Shown piece after piece: positions 53,369 to 64,000 of a DNA stretch of 64,000 bases. Source of the DNA: Epiperipatus broadwayi (lineage: Eukaryota > Animalia > Onychophora); assembly GCA_028023455.1 (NCBI GenBank), contig JAQFVV010000002.1, positions 30,752,001-30,816,000 of the forward strand, read 5' to 3'. Made by a program: the position numbers and the translations under genes. The notes below the pieces were generated by a model. It was not told where the DNA came from and did no database searches. It was given only the letters and a program-made list of their open reading frames with translations. Positions within the stretch are counted from its first letter, which is position 1; every line of letters starts with the position of its first letter.

Positions 53369-56061
53369 GAATTTAAAAAAAACAAGCATAGTTTTTTTTA
53401 TTTGTTATTAATGCTTGTATACATTTCTTTATCTATTTTTAAAATCCAAAAAGTAGTTTTTAATTAAACATGATTTGAAGAGAGTAAAAACATGTAGATC
53501 ACACCTTTGTAAAATTTCAAAGTAGTGATTTGAAAAGATTAAAATTGATTTTAATCAAGATAAGGATTAGATAGAAAAAACTCTGTTTTCAATTAATGTG
53601 TTGTTATCACCTCAGATGACTTTATAAAATGGGATGATAAAATATCAGTTTAGTCTGCTTTTGAACAGTCTGATTTAAATTTTTGAGTCAGTGGCCAAAT
53701 TGTCCAGCTGCAAAGTTGGTTATAATATTTTGTTGAAGTTTGCAGCAGTTGGTAATAGCTAGCTGGCAGATTTATACAGATCTCCCATGAGATATAGCTG
53801 AAGTCATGGCAGATTCAGTAGCAGTCTACAGATCAATGGTGGAGTTTGAATTCATATGGAAGAAAATGAGCCACTTCTTTGTGTTGAAATTCATAGGCTT
53901 AAAAAGTGTTCTGGAAAACGTTTTGCTAGCCTGAAGTTCATCAAACCCTAGACAGAAGGAAGCTACTCAATACCTTCCTGATTATGACAATCCTAGATTA
54001 TACCTGTCTCACCAAAACCAACTCACAATGAGAAGCACAAATAAATGTATATACAATGGTGAGTAGCATTATATATGATAAGAGTGAAATTTTAAATAAA
54101 TTTCTTTAGTAAAAATGACATTTAAAAATCCATATATTTAAAGGATAAGAAATGAATAATTTTGCTTGAATTGAATTAAAATCTAAAGTAATGATTGATT
54201 CATGGACAATTTATTTTGAAAAAGGAAAAAGAGGATTTCAAAAATCTTTTTTAAGTTAATTTAAAGATGTAATTAATTAATTGAGAGTAACATGTCATAA
54301 AAACAACTTTTGAGTTACCTGTCAAAAAATTGACTATTTATTGTTTTAAAAAAAGAAGGTAACAGAAAATACTTTTATTGATTGAAAAAAGGGACTAATT
54401 AATAATATTAATTCATGTCATCTATATGTTCATAGATACACATATATATGTGAATTTTATGTATAGTTTTCAAATGGAATTAATTATGAAATATATTTTT
54501 AATAATTTTATTATTTTGATAAATTCAAACAGGTCCATTTTATATTAAGCCACATATTCTGTGTGCTGTCTGGTTTTAAATAAACCTATTGGAATATATA
54601 TGTAAATCAATGCAATAACTTGGAATTTTATAAATCACAATGTGATAATTTTTATTATTATAAGTTGATCAAAATCAGAAGGCTTATATGTGTAGCTTAA
54701 TTCTACAGACCTCAATCTCATTTTTTGTTATTAATAAACTTGTAGTCAATTGTTAAAAATTGTATTGTATCATTTCTTGGTCACCATAACAGTTATAGAG
54801 CTTGTGTTCTTCTGAGTTAAATTTTTGTGTAATGGCTGATATATGGATGGGGATGTTTATTTAGTGCTTAAGGGGCATTCCACTTTGACATTATCCTGGT
54901 TTTGGTGCAAGGATTATGTTCTTCAAAGCCTCTGCACTACATTTTATTTTAGTTTGGTATTATTAGAAATTAAGTTTATACTTGGCTAGTGCATTAATGG
55001 CACTAAGTGGCCAGAGCATTGATGATGATCAGCATGTTTTAAAATCCCAGCATTATTTTTTTGGTTGTATTCTTATGGATTAGCACTTAAGTTTGTGCAT
55101 CCAAACTATGGTTTGAATAATTGCCCAAGCTGGAAAAGACTCAATAGTTAGCCTGGTCTACAGAAGATCGATTTACAATCCAGTCACTAGATTGACTGTT
55201 GATTTATATTTTTTTTATTGTTCTAATCCAGCCACAAGATGGACTGTTGATTTATTTATTTTGGTAGATCATTCATAATGATGATTACTTTTGAGTATTA
55301 CTTATTCTTATTTTAATGCTAATAGATTTAGTTAATCATAGTTGGCTGATCTCTCAGAGTGATCTCTATAGATTGCTCATGCTCTCTTTTGAATATATAA
55401 CATTTCTTATATATATTTTGTGATAAATTATACTTTTTGTAAATTTTAAATTTATTTTTGACTGGGTGTGATGGTGATTCACCATCACCCCAGATACAAC
55501 TCCTTTAATATCATTTAATAATATTTCTCACTTAAATTTCATTATTTAAAATATTTTTTCTTCATCACCCCTCGTTCCCCAGGTATAACCACCTCCCAAC
55601 TCATCCATCCCATTACAATATATATTAACAAATAAAGAATAAAAAATGTCAATCAAATCTGTCAATAGTAGATTGTAAAAAAAAAAAACATTGTAAAAAG
55701 TAATAAAGAATATAGATGGTATTAATATTATATTGTCTGTCATGTAATTGGAAAGTAGTTACCACATCTAAACATTCACTTATTGGTTGGTTAATAAGTA
55801 TCTAATTATTTTTAACTATGGGGTAAAGCATGAAAGAAGAATGATGTAAACCCTCACAAAATGGCAGTTTTCTAACCTTGAAAAGTAATGTCTTCAGTGT
55901 TTTTTTTACAATAGTCTATTTAAAAACTATTAATAATCCATTAAGGAATGGAGATCTCTCCAAATTTAATCCTCAGATTCATAGTTTTTTTTTCTATATC
56001 ATTTCTGAAAACGTAATTATTCAAGCTATCCGGCATCTTTTTCTAGGTTTTTTACAATCTA

Positions 56062-56139
56062 AAACAGGCAAAACTCTTCACTATTGCTACTCAGTGCAAA
56101 CCAGAGTAATCAATGGATGCCAGAAGGCTTGTGCATTTG
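56062..56139 (-). mobile_element. Family A 78-bp truncated copy (A6), 10-bp TSD
   Basis: TSD TTACAATCTA at 56052-56061 and 56140-56149. Confidence 0.8.
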
Positions 56140-56829
56140 TTACAATCTATTGAGAACTACCAGTTTCCCATATTGTTATCTATTCTAATAACATGTCTAC
56201 CCAGTTTCATTTCAGTTTCTTGTTTTTTAAAAAGGACATCAATGATATTGTTTTCTTGCCAGTGTATTATTTCACTTTTGATCTCTCGTTATTTCCAACA
56301 TACTTTATTCCATATTTTGCTATATAGGTCTCTGTATTGTTCATTTTTTAATTAAGAATTCTAGGTCAGATTTATAAATCCTGTGTGGTTTAATATAGTA
56401 GTAAGTGGCAAACTATAAAGCTCAAGGTCCACGGATTGCAGCACAGCTCTGTCTCATCCAGGGTTCAAACTTCTTATGGAACTTGCGCTATCCATTTCTT
56501 TAATAAAAATTATTATTTCTACCATAAGTACTTTATTTATGTTTCATGTTTAAAGCTATGATTAATTTCATCCATGCAATGGAAAAAAAAGATTGACAAA
56601 AAATATATTTGAGGTCAATTTTGTGGTGATTATGGAAATCAACCGGTAAATCACAAATAATATGTTCATGAATAAAACAAACTTTCCTATCTAATTCCAA
56701 TGAAAGAAATCAATTTATAAAAAGCATGCTAACATTCACCCATAACTTACATTTTTTAAAGGAAATCTTGTATTATTCATTTATTTTATATGTTCAACAT
56801 TATATCTAGTGAAATTGAAGATCATATTG

Positions 56830-57210
56830 ATTGATTGGTACTGGTTTAGTATTTGCTCTCTACCATGTTGGTTTCTGAGGGGAGCACAAACCCACCGCTG
56901 ACACAACCAAGTGATAAATAAAATCACACAGATAGAAATTGGATTTTTTTGACAAATGGCTAAAATAATTGGAAGACTACCAATAGTGACATGGTGTGTT
57001 TTGTGAGTATTGCTTGGTTATATCAGCAGTGGGTTTGGGACTTCCCCCTTAGAAACCAAAATAATGGAGAGCGTAAACTAAACCAGTATATAAATTAGTA
57101 ACCTTCAGTGTTATGTGACTATGTATTGCTTGGTTGTATCAGCGGTGGGTTTGGGGTTCTCCTTAGAAACCAAAATGGTGTAGAGTGCATACAAAATCAG
57201 TACCAATTGA
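56830..57210. repeat. ~85-bp unit: one inverted plus two direct copies
   Basis: 56830-56915 is the inverse of 57010-57090 and 57125-57210. Confidence 0.75.
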
Positions 57211-57289
57211 TTTTATAATATTGCCATTATATTTTGAGAATTTTTAAAGACATCTTTAAATATTTTTAATGCCTTTATATTCAGTTGAC

Positions 57290-57750
57290 AGGGATCCAAA
57301 TCTCATCTCCAATCAATAAATTAAGTAAAATAATGGCTTTGTATGTAAGTAATTTAGTTGTAGTAGTTGAAATCACTGTGATGAAATAGCCTATCTTTTA
57401 ACTTGTTAAAAGCATCAGGACATTGGAGTTTGTTTTGTATCTCAACATCTAAGTCTGTTTTTTTATTTATAAAACTATCAAAGTATTTAAAATGGTCCAC
57501 ATTCTCAAGTTAATAGCCATACAAGCTAACATTTGCTGAAGATTTTTTTCCCATCACAGGCAGATAAAGGACTTTAGTTTTCTGAATATCAATTACTTAA
57601 CCAAAGTCTTTATGCTGCATTCAAAACATTAAGTATATCTTATAGATCATCTTTGAAATTCAACAATCGTAGCACAGTCATCAGCATATTTGATATTCAG
57701 AAGCCAAGAAGATGGAAGATTTTGTTTTTGGTCTTAATTGACTGGTGTCT
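57290..57750 (-). mobile_element. RTE-BovB-like RT relic
   Basis: LLNIKYADDCA, ENVDHFKYF, AFNKLKDRLF, TKLLTYKAII. Confidence 0.7.
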
Positions 57751-59669
57751 TTGAGTGATCTTTGGTAGACATTTCTGCAAGATGCTGTGCCAGACTTTTA
57801 TTTTTTATCACACAAATATTAATAACACTTAGTAATTTAATATTACTTGAACATAATTTAGAATTCCTATTGTAAATTTGGTATTTGTGATGCATTATGT
57901 ATAATGGATATTAGGTATTTATTTTGTAAACACACAGAATCATGGATAGCATTTATTATAACAAATCTGTATTCTGTTTTGCAAATCTTTCTCCATCAAC
58001 CCCTGACAGTGTGGTCTGAAATAACCACTGTAGGCTTGTACTATGAAATAAATATGAAATATTTAAAATCAAAGAGGTTCTAAGAAGTAGCATGCTTTGA
58101 TTTTTAAGAATTGTTATCACTTTCTAATAATGAAGATAATTTGAAACAGAAAAATATTTTAGTATTGGGCATTAATTAAAAAAAAAAGTTTTTTCCTTCT
58201 CATAATAATTAATCAATTTTTTAAAAAGTGAGTAAAGAAACTTGGCTGTTTGTAAGATTGAAACAAAAATACTGGAATATAGATGCTAACTGCTGTGTAC
58301 CCAGGGATATGTTAGAATACCAGCCAGGTTGCATCCATAATAAACCAAACAACACAAAATTTAACTAGAATTTATTTGCTCATAATAAGTAAAAATAAAA
58401 AATACATATAAAGAATCAAAACTAAACATTAATCTTCTGAGAAGATAGTCTATAATTGTAGAACATCTTCAAGAATGTGTGTGTAAATATTTCTATACAT
58501 GCAAGCTAATAACAGTTCTCATCTCTGTTGTCCATTTTACAGAGCTCATTGCACACACACATATAACTATGTCTGTGTGGTTTTATATTGCGAGACTTGT
58601 GCATAATTTGAATTAAAATATATTTTATAGAGTTCCTCGCTTGCTAAAATTTTTCTGGGGTAAATACATTGGAGGATATTTATCCGAGTGTTGTGCGGTG
58701 AATAAATTTACATAGATACGTATCTGCATAAGCTATTATAACACAGCAAACCTTTGAAGACTGACATTATTTACTTTTAAAATCAGTGTTCAGATGCTAA
58801 TATTATTTACCTACTGCAACAGTATTTATAAATATTGAATAGTTAATTTTTTTTAAAGCCGAGTAAAGAAATAGCTATTTATAAGCCTACAACAATTAAA
58901 AATATTGGAATATAAATGTTGACATTATTTATGCACTGCGGCCTTTACTTGGAAGAATTCGGTGGTCTTTACTTTGAGAATTCTGCTTTTCATATGAGCA
59001 CCTTTACACAGGATATAGCAAAGCAATTAATTTAATTTTTTTAATAATTGAGATGAAATATATTAGCACATACAGAAAAAATTATAGTAATGAAAAAACT
59101 GTCACAGACAACATTGTATGCTGTAAAAAAAATTTTATATTGTTAAATTTTTATAATTTAAAATTAACTTTAAAAATATTAAATATTTTTTTCTCACATA
59201 AATATTAAATGATTTTTTTTTTTAAAACGCAGTATAAAGAAACTCAGCTGTTTATAAGTGAAGGTTAATAAAAAATACTCTCAGGACCCCCTAGCACATA
59301 GTAGTAGTTTCTACAATATTTATTTCAATCTAATGTATTTATAAAATGCTATAAAAGTAAAGGTAAAGAGGAAAAGATTTATCTACTGTTTGCTTTTAAA
59401 GAAGTGACAGAAGAGAGTGAAAGTTGGCCATTAAAGTACTATTTTTTTTTTTTAAAAAAAGGCACATAAAAATATTTTCCAAACTATTAATGTTATCATC
59501 AATCTTTTAAAAACCTACAGACATGTGAACAGCTTTACTATAAAGATTTAGAAAATCTTTTAAAAGTTTTTAAATTATTACATGCATTTAAATGATGTAA
59601 GGATTAATTAATACTAATGATTTACTTTTGCGTTTTGAAACATCAAATAATTTTTTTTTATTTGTTAAA

Positions 59670-59726
59670 GCGTTGATCGGGAAGCGAACCCGGGCCAGCT
59701 TCTTGGAAGGCAGCTATGCTAACCGC
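59670..59726 (-). pseudogene. tRNA-Gly(TCC)-like fragment lacking the 5' acceptor strand
   Basis: agcggttagcatagctgccttccaagaagctggcccgggttcgcttcccgatcaacgc is close to eukaryotic tRNA-Gly(TCC). Confidence 0.7.
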
Positions 59727-59959
59727 TTTTCTAACTGAAAACTTAACTTACATGCATATTGTCATGGAAACTTGTAGAAATAAGGCAAATCTTCCACACC
59801 ACAGATATTTTCCACATGGTTGTGTTAGTAAGGAGGGCTATTCTTTTTTTGCCCTTTTGAACGTTTGTGGTGATAATAGTCTTGTTAGTCCGCATAGTTT
59901 GCATAATGAGGCAGATGATAAATCAGTTTTTAGAGGTTAGAGTGCTGAATAGTTCTGAG

Positions 59960-60498
59960 AAAAACAGGCAAAACTCACTAATATGTATTGCCACACACAG
60001 CAAGCTGGAGTTATTAATGGATGCCAGAAGGCTTGTGCATAAAATTCCCATCTAGTGCCTACTCATCCAACATCCTTAGACTAGTTTCTGGCTTGTGGCC
60101 TTCGTCTGTGAAGAGCCTTGGATCTGAGAGCACTGCACCTAGATCTTAGGATCTAATGCAACCCTCTAGCAGCCACCTTTTATCTCCACTTAACTACAAA
60201 ACTATGAGTCTTAAATTGAAAACACTTTAATGTTTCCAATCCAAGCCCATCAGCTTATATAGTCATATGGGTTTGAACTCAGTTCAGTACCCATACATTT
60301 TGGTGTCTTTGGTTCTTTAATAACCATAGACACCACTATCCTATTAGGCAGGATTGGTTTTAAACTAGTAAACATCACATGACCACCACTTCTTATGCTT
60401 GCTTATAACTGTGTGTGGCAATACGTATAGTGAGTTTTGCATGTTTTAAAAGTTATAAGCAAGCATAAGAAGTGATGGTCATGTGATGTTTAGTGGCT
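59960..60498. mobile_element. Family A two-armed inverted insertion (A7), imperfect TSD
   Basis: Flanks TAGTTCTGA(G)AAAAACA on both sides. Antisense HHR with CUGA mutated to CAGA. Confidence 0.8.
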
Positions 60499-61004
60499 TA
60501 GTTCTGAAAAACATAAAATATGTTGTACTTTGTATGCAGAGCTAACTTACTGAGAATCTGTTGATGAACTTCTTGATGTCAAAAAATGACTAATTTAAAA
60601 TTTCTTATGATATCTACAATAAAATATGAAAATGAACGTGATTTATATAACCTGAAGCTTCACCATTATTGCCCAAGATAGAAAAGGATAAAATATATTG
60701 TCAAGAAAAATTTGCTAGCAAATTAACTATTTAGTTATGATCCAAAGATGTAAAGGTGTTTTGTTTATTTTGAACTGTATTAAAAGAATAAAAAAATTAT
60801 CCAAATAAATCAATGATAAAAATATTTTTAGTTTTAAAACTGTTTTTTAGGAATATTTCTTCATCTATAAATGTATTTATGTATATAGTTGTTTTATATT
60901 ATATAATTAAGATTTTGTTTAAATAATTTTAAAAAGGAAAAAAAAGAGTCTGAGCATGCTAAACCAGAAAAATGAAAAAAAAAAATTTTTCTTAACAAAA
61001 GGAA

Positions 61005-61470
61005 AAGCCTGTACTGTAGAAAAAATTCATATTTCAAAATATAGTTCTTTAAGGTCTGCCCACCCCATGTATATGTATGTAAATGGATTATGTCCTGTAC
61101 ATGAGGGGTCAGTTTGACTTGTGGTCAACATGAGTAGGATGAGAAGGTTGGCACTTAGATGGGCTTTGAGCGTTCCATCATCAAATTTTCAATGAAATGG
61201 ATGGCTGAAGAGTTGTGGGTGGAGTGGTTTGAAACCTGTACATTAAAGTATGAGATTGACTATCTTAATATAAGCTGAGTTTTGATTGTATATATGTGTT
61301 GAGATAATAATCTGGACCAACTGATGAGTGCTGGTTTAACATGAAATATGTGTATTGGTGGTTATTTTGTTGAGGGTCGTGTCTGAGTTCAGACCCCCTA
61401 TATATTACATATAGAAGTCCAGTTATGAAAAAGCCTGTATACTATAGAAAAAAATTCATATTTTAAATCA
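61005..61470 (+). mobile_element. Family D monomer with ~35-nt terminal redundancy and HHR (61317-61358)
   Basis: aaaagcctgta...gaaaaaattcatattt at both ends. CCAA CTGATGA GTGC TGGTTTA ACAT GAAA TATGTG TA TTGG. Confidence 0.75.
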
Positions 61471-63451
61471 TCATTTTAATACTTTATATTTCAATATCTG
61501 TTATTATGAGAAAAAAAATTATCCATGCACACATTTATTCTGCTTTCAAGAAAACTCAACTGATTACAATTAAGAGCTGTCAGGCAACTGAGAAGAAAGA
61601 CCACGGTGTTTGTTGAACTTAAGCTTAGAGGTAAAAAGCCAATTATTTCACCACACTGGTTAACGCTTGTTGGTGAGCCGCTCATCCATATTCGTATATA
61701 TAATAATAACAGCAGCAATGACAAGAATGTATGGAGTGAACAATATAAATTTGCCCTGCTCAGTTTCTTTAAGGCCTCCATGAGGAACCAAAGGGTCTCG
61801 TTTTAGTTAATAGCAAATCCCTTTCTGCAGCTCACTTTGGACAGACTTTCATCCTGCAGTGGATTGATAATGGATTGAAAATGATGATGGTGATATTTTA
61901 ATGTCCTAAAAAGTTATAAAGAAATGATGTAAGGGTTTAAAAGAAAAAAAATTGAACAAACTTGAAGGTTATACAAACAACAGTTGAATGGTTGTGTGTG
62001 GTGTGTGTGTGTGTGTGTAGGATCGTGTGCAGATGCATATTAAAAAAAAATTTTTTTTATATGAAATATAAATAAGTGTAACCATATATATGTATCGTAG
62101 GCAAATTAAAATGTTTGCCCTCACAACATAGGTTAAGTTGTTTAACGTTTGATGATCGACTATTTTATATTCATATGATTATTTTATATTCATATGTGAG
62201 GGCAAGACCATATGTATATGCGTATGCATTCATTTATAGAGCCGAGATCGATTATAAAATATGTTGTTATGAGATTTATATGAATAAAATGCTATTTGTT
62301 GAGAAATAATGAGACTGAATATTAAATGATTAAGAAAATATTTGTGTAATTCATATACAACTTAGTTTTAATAATGAAGTTTATCGAGTTAAAGTTTTAT
62401 GGAGAATAGTATTATATAGAGTTGAAGAAGATTGTAGTATGAAAATTTATTTTTTGTATATATACAAAGTAGTATTTTAAAGTTGAATATAAAGTATGTG
62501 AATAATGTTCGAAGTAATAATAAAGATGCAGCAGTAGTTTTAAGTTATACATTTCGGAGTTGATCTTCTCTCTAGAGTGAAATATTCATCGAACGAGTGT
62601 TTTTGATAATATGCCAATAATTCTTAGCTATAAAGCTAACAAAAGTTTTATACTTGCTTAGGATGGAATGTTTAATGCTTAAAAAGGATCATGAGCCAAC
62701 CTAAAAGAACCAATCATTAGGGATTGTCTTTTTTTTTAAAAAAAAGTAATAAATTATAATGTAGAAGTGCAAATATACATACAGTATTACAAATGCATAT
62801 ACACACATACATACTTATAGATGCATATATACTTATAAACATCACACATATTTATGGACTTCATATTATAAGCTGATTAACTTTTAATTTTTATGTACTA
62901 TAAATAATTTTGGAGAAAAGTTTGAAATAATTTATTGAGATATTTCACTAACACTATATAAAAAAATTGTATTTCCTTATTTCAGAGTATCTATTTTTTT
63001 TCTTCTAAAATGTCTATTTTATATATATTTTTGGGTTTTTTTTTCCTACATTTTTTTTAAAGTTTTTTTTTTTTACCATTTTATTGGAAAATTGAATTTT
63101 CTTTTAACCTTTATGTGTTATGTGAACTGTGTCATTTTTTTATATTGGAAAAAGTAGCAAGATGTGTCAAACTTAATGATTTTTGACTTTGAAATGTGAA
63201 TTGCATGGCTAACTAATTTTTAATGGAGTTACCTTTGAGTTTTACATATTTTATGTATCAGTTTCTTCAGAATAGATTTTTGATTGATCCTGAAATCACT
63301 TATGTTCCACTTTTTCCACCCATTTTTGCCAATCTTATTATTGCACTACTTTTTAAAAATGGATCAGTTGTGAAAAAAATATTTCAAAATTAAGATTAGA
63401 ATAGATTGCCTCCAAAAATATGATTACAATTTGTAATAATGAGGTAATTAA

Positions 63452-63540
63452 GCTCCAGGTGGCTGAGTGATTAGCACAGCTGCCTTACAAGCAGTTGTCC
63501 AGGGTTTGCTTCCTGGCTGATGCTTTGACACATAAAAAAA
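63452..63540 (+). mobile_element. tRNA-Gly-derived SINE-like copy
   Basis: ggtggctgagtgattagcacagctgccttacaagcagttgtccagggtttgcttcctggctgatgc + tgacac + A-tail. Confidence 0.7.
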
Positions 63541-63848
63541 GTAGACAAGTTGCAACCCAAGTGTTAACATTGTGTAACTTTTGTAGCATCATGGTAGCAG
63601 TGGGCTGTTACTGGATTTATTTGCAGTTTTATTATTGAAATGTAATTTTTAAAATTTTTTCCTCATATACTTTTTATTTTCTTTATTTAATATTTTTGTT
63701 TTTTTATTGCTTATTTTTTATGGCTGTTTTTGTTTTTTTATTCTGTACAAATTAAACATGTTATTATAAGAATAAAAATAAAGAGATTATATCCATGTAA
63801 ACAGAGATAACTTTTGCATTCACACCCATTGATATATTTATTAGTCAA

Positions 63849-63955
63849 GCATTGTTAGCCGAGAGGTCATTGCAGCAACCTTGCAAGCAAGTAGTTGGTT
63901 GCAGACGGTTGTGGGTTTGTGTCCCGGCAGATGCTATGACATATGAGAAAAAAAA
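63849..63955 (+). mobile_element. tRNA-Gly-derived SINE-like copy, long-loop variant
   Basis: gcattgttagccgagaggtc...gtcccggcagatgc + atgacat + A-tail. Confidence 0.65.
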
Positions 63956-64000
63956 GTCTTAAGTGCACTACCATAGGGCAAATATATTTCCAGCATGTCT

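Noticed and set aside
57675-57695. CTGATGA on the minus strand
   Set aside because: It is the YADD codons of an RTE RT relic, not a ribozyme.
58130-59280. Three degenerate copies of a ~70-bp motif (gagtaaagaaa...ttataag)
   Set aside because: Too diverged and AT-rich to define a unit reliably by eye.
59670-59726. Functional tRNA-Gly gene
   Set aside because: The 5' acceptor strand and part of the A box are missing, and there are stem mismatches.

Overview
AT-rich eukaryotic DNA, probably from an invertebrate (arthropod-like TE content; inference), that looks intronic or intergenic. I found no intact protein-coding gene. The longer ORFs are TE relics, antisense shadows or microsatellite artefacts. 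Recognisable TE relics: mariner, Tc1, piggyBac, hAT MITEs with 8-bp TSDs, RTE/RTE-BovB and Ingi/Vingi LINEs, a Penelope-like (PLE) GIY-YIG domain, and tRNA-Gly-derived SINE-like copies. The main signal is a dense set of type I hammerhead ribozyme (HHR) motifs: about 20 intact or decayed copies in roughly six unrelated short-repeat families (labelled A-F here). They sit in 310-455 bp monomers arranged as head-to-tail repeats or as two-armed inverted insertions. Family A insertions carry 10-14 bp TSDs and two fixed, asymmetric termini. This reads as a PLE plus non-autonomous retrozyme-like system. The class is known, but these families and the fixed-terminus architecture may be undescribed. A CpG-retaining region (28.3-30.2 kb) and one clean 70-nt exon candidate hint at a host gene. 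All alignments and folds were done by eye.
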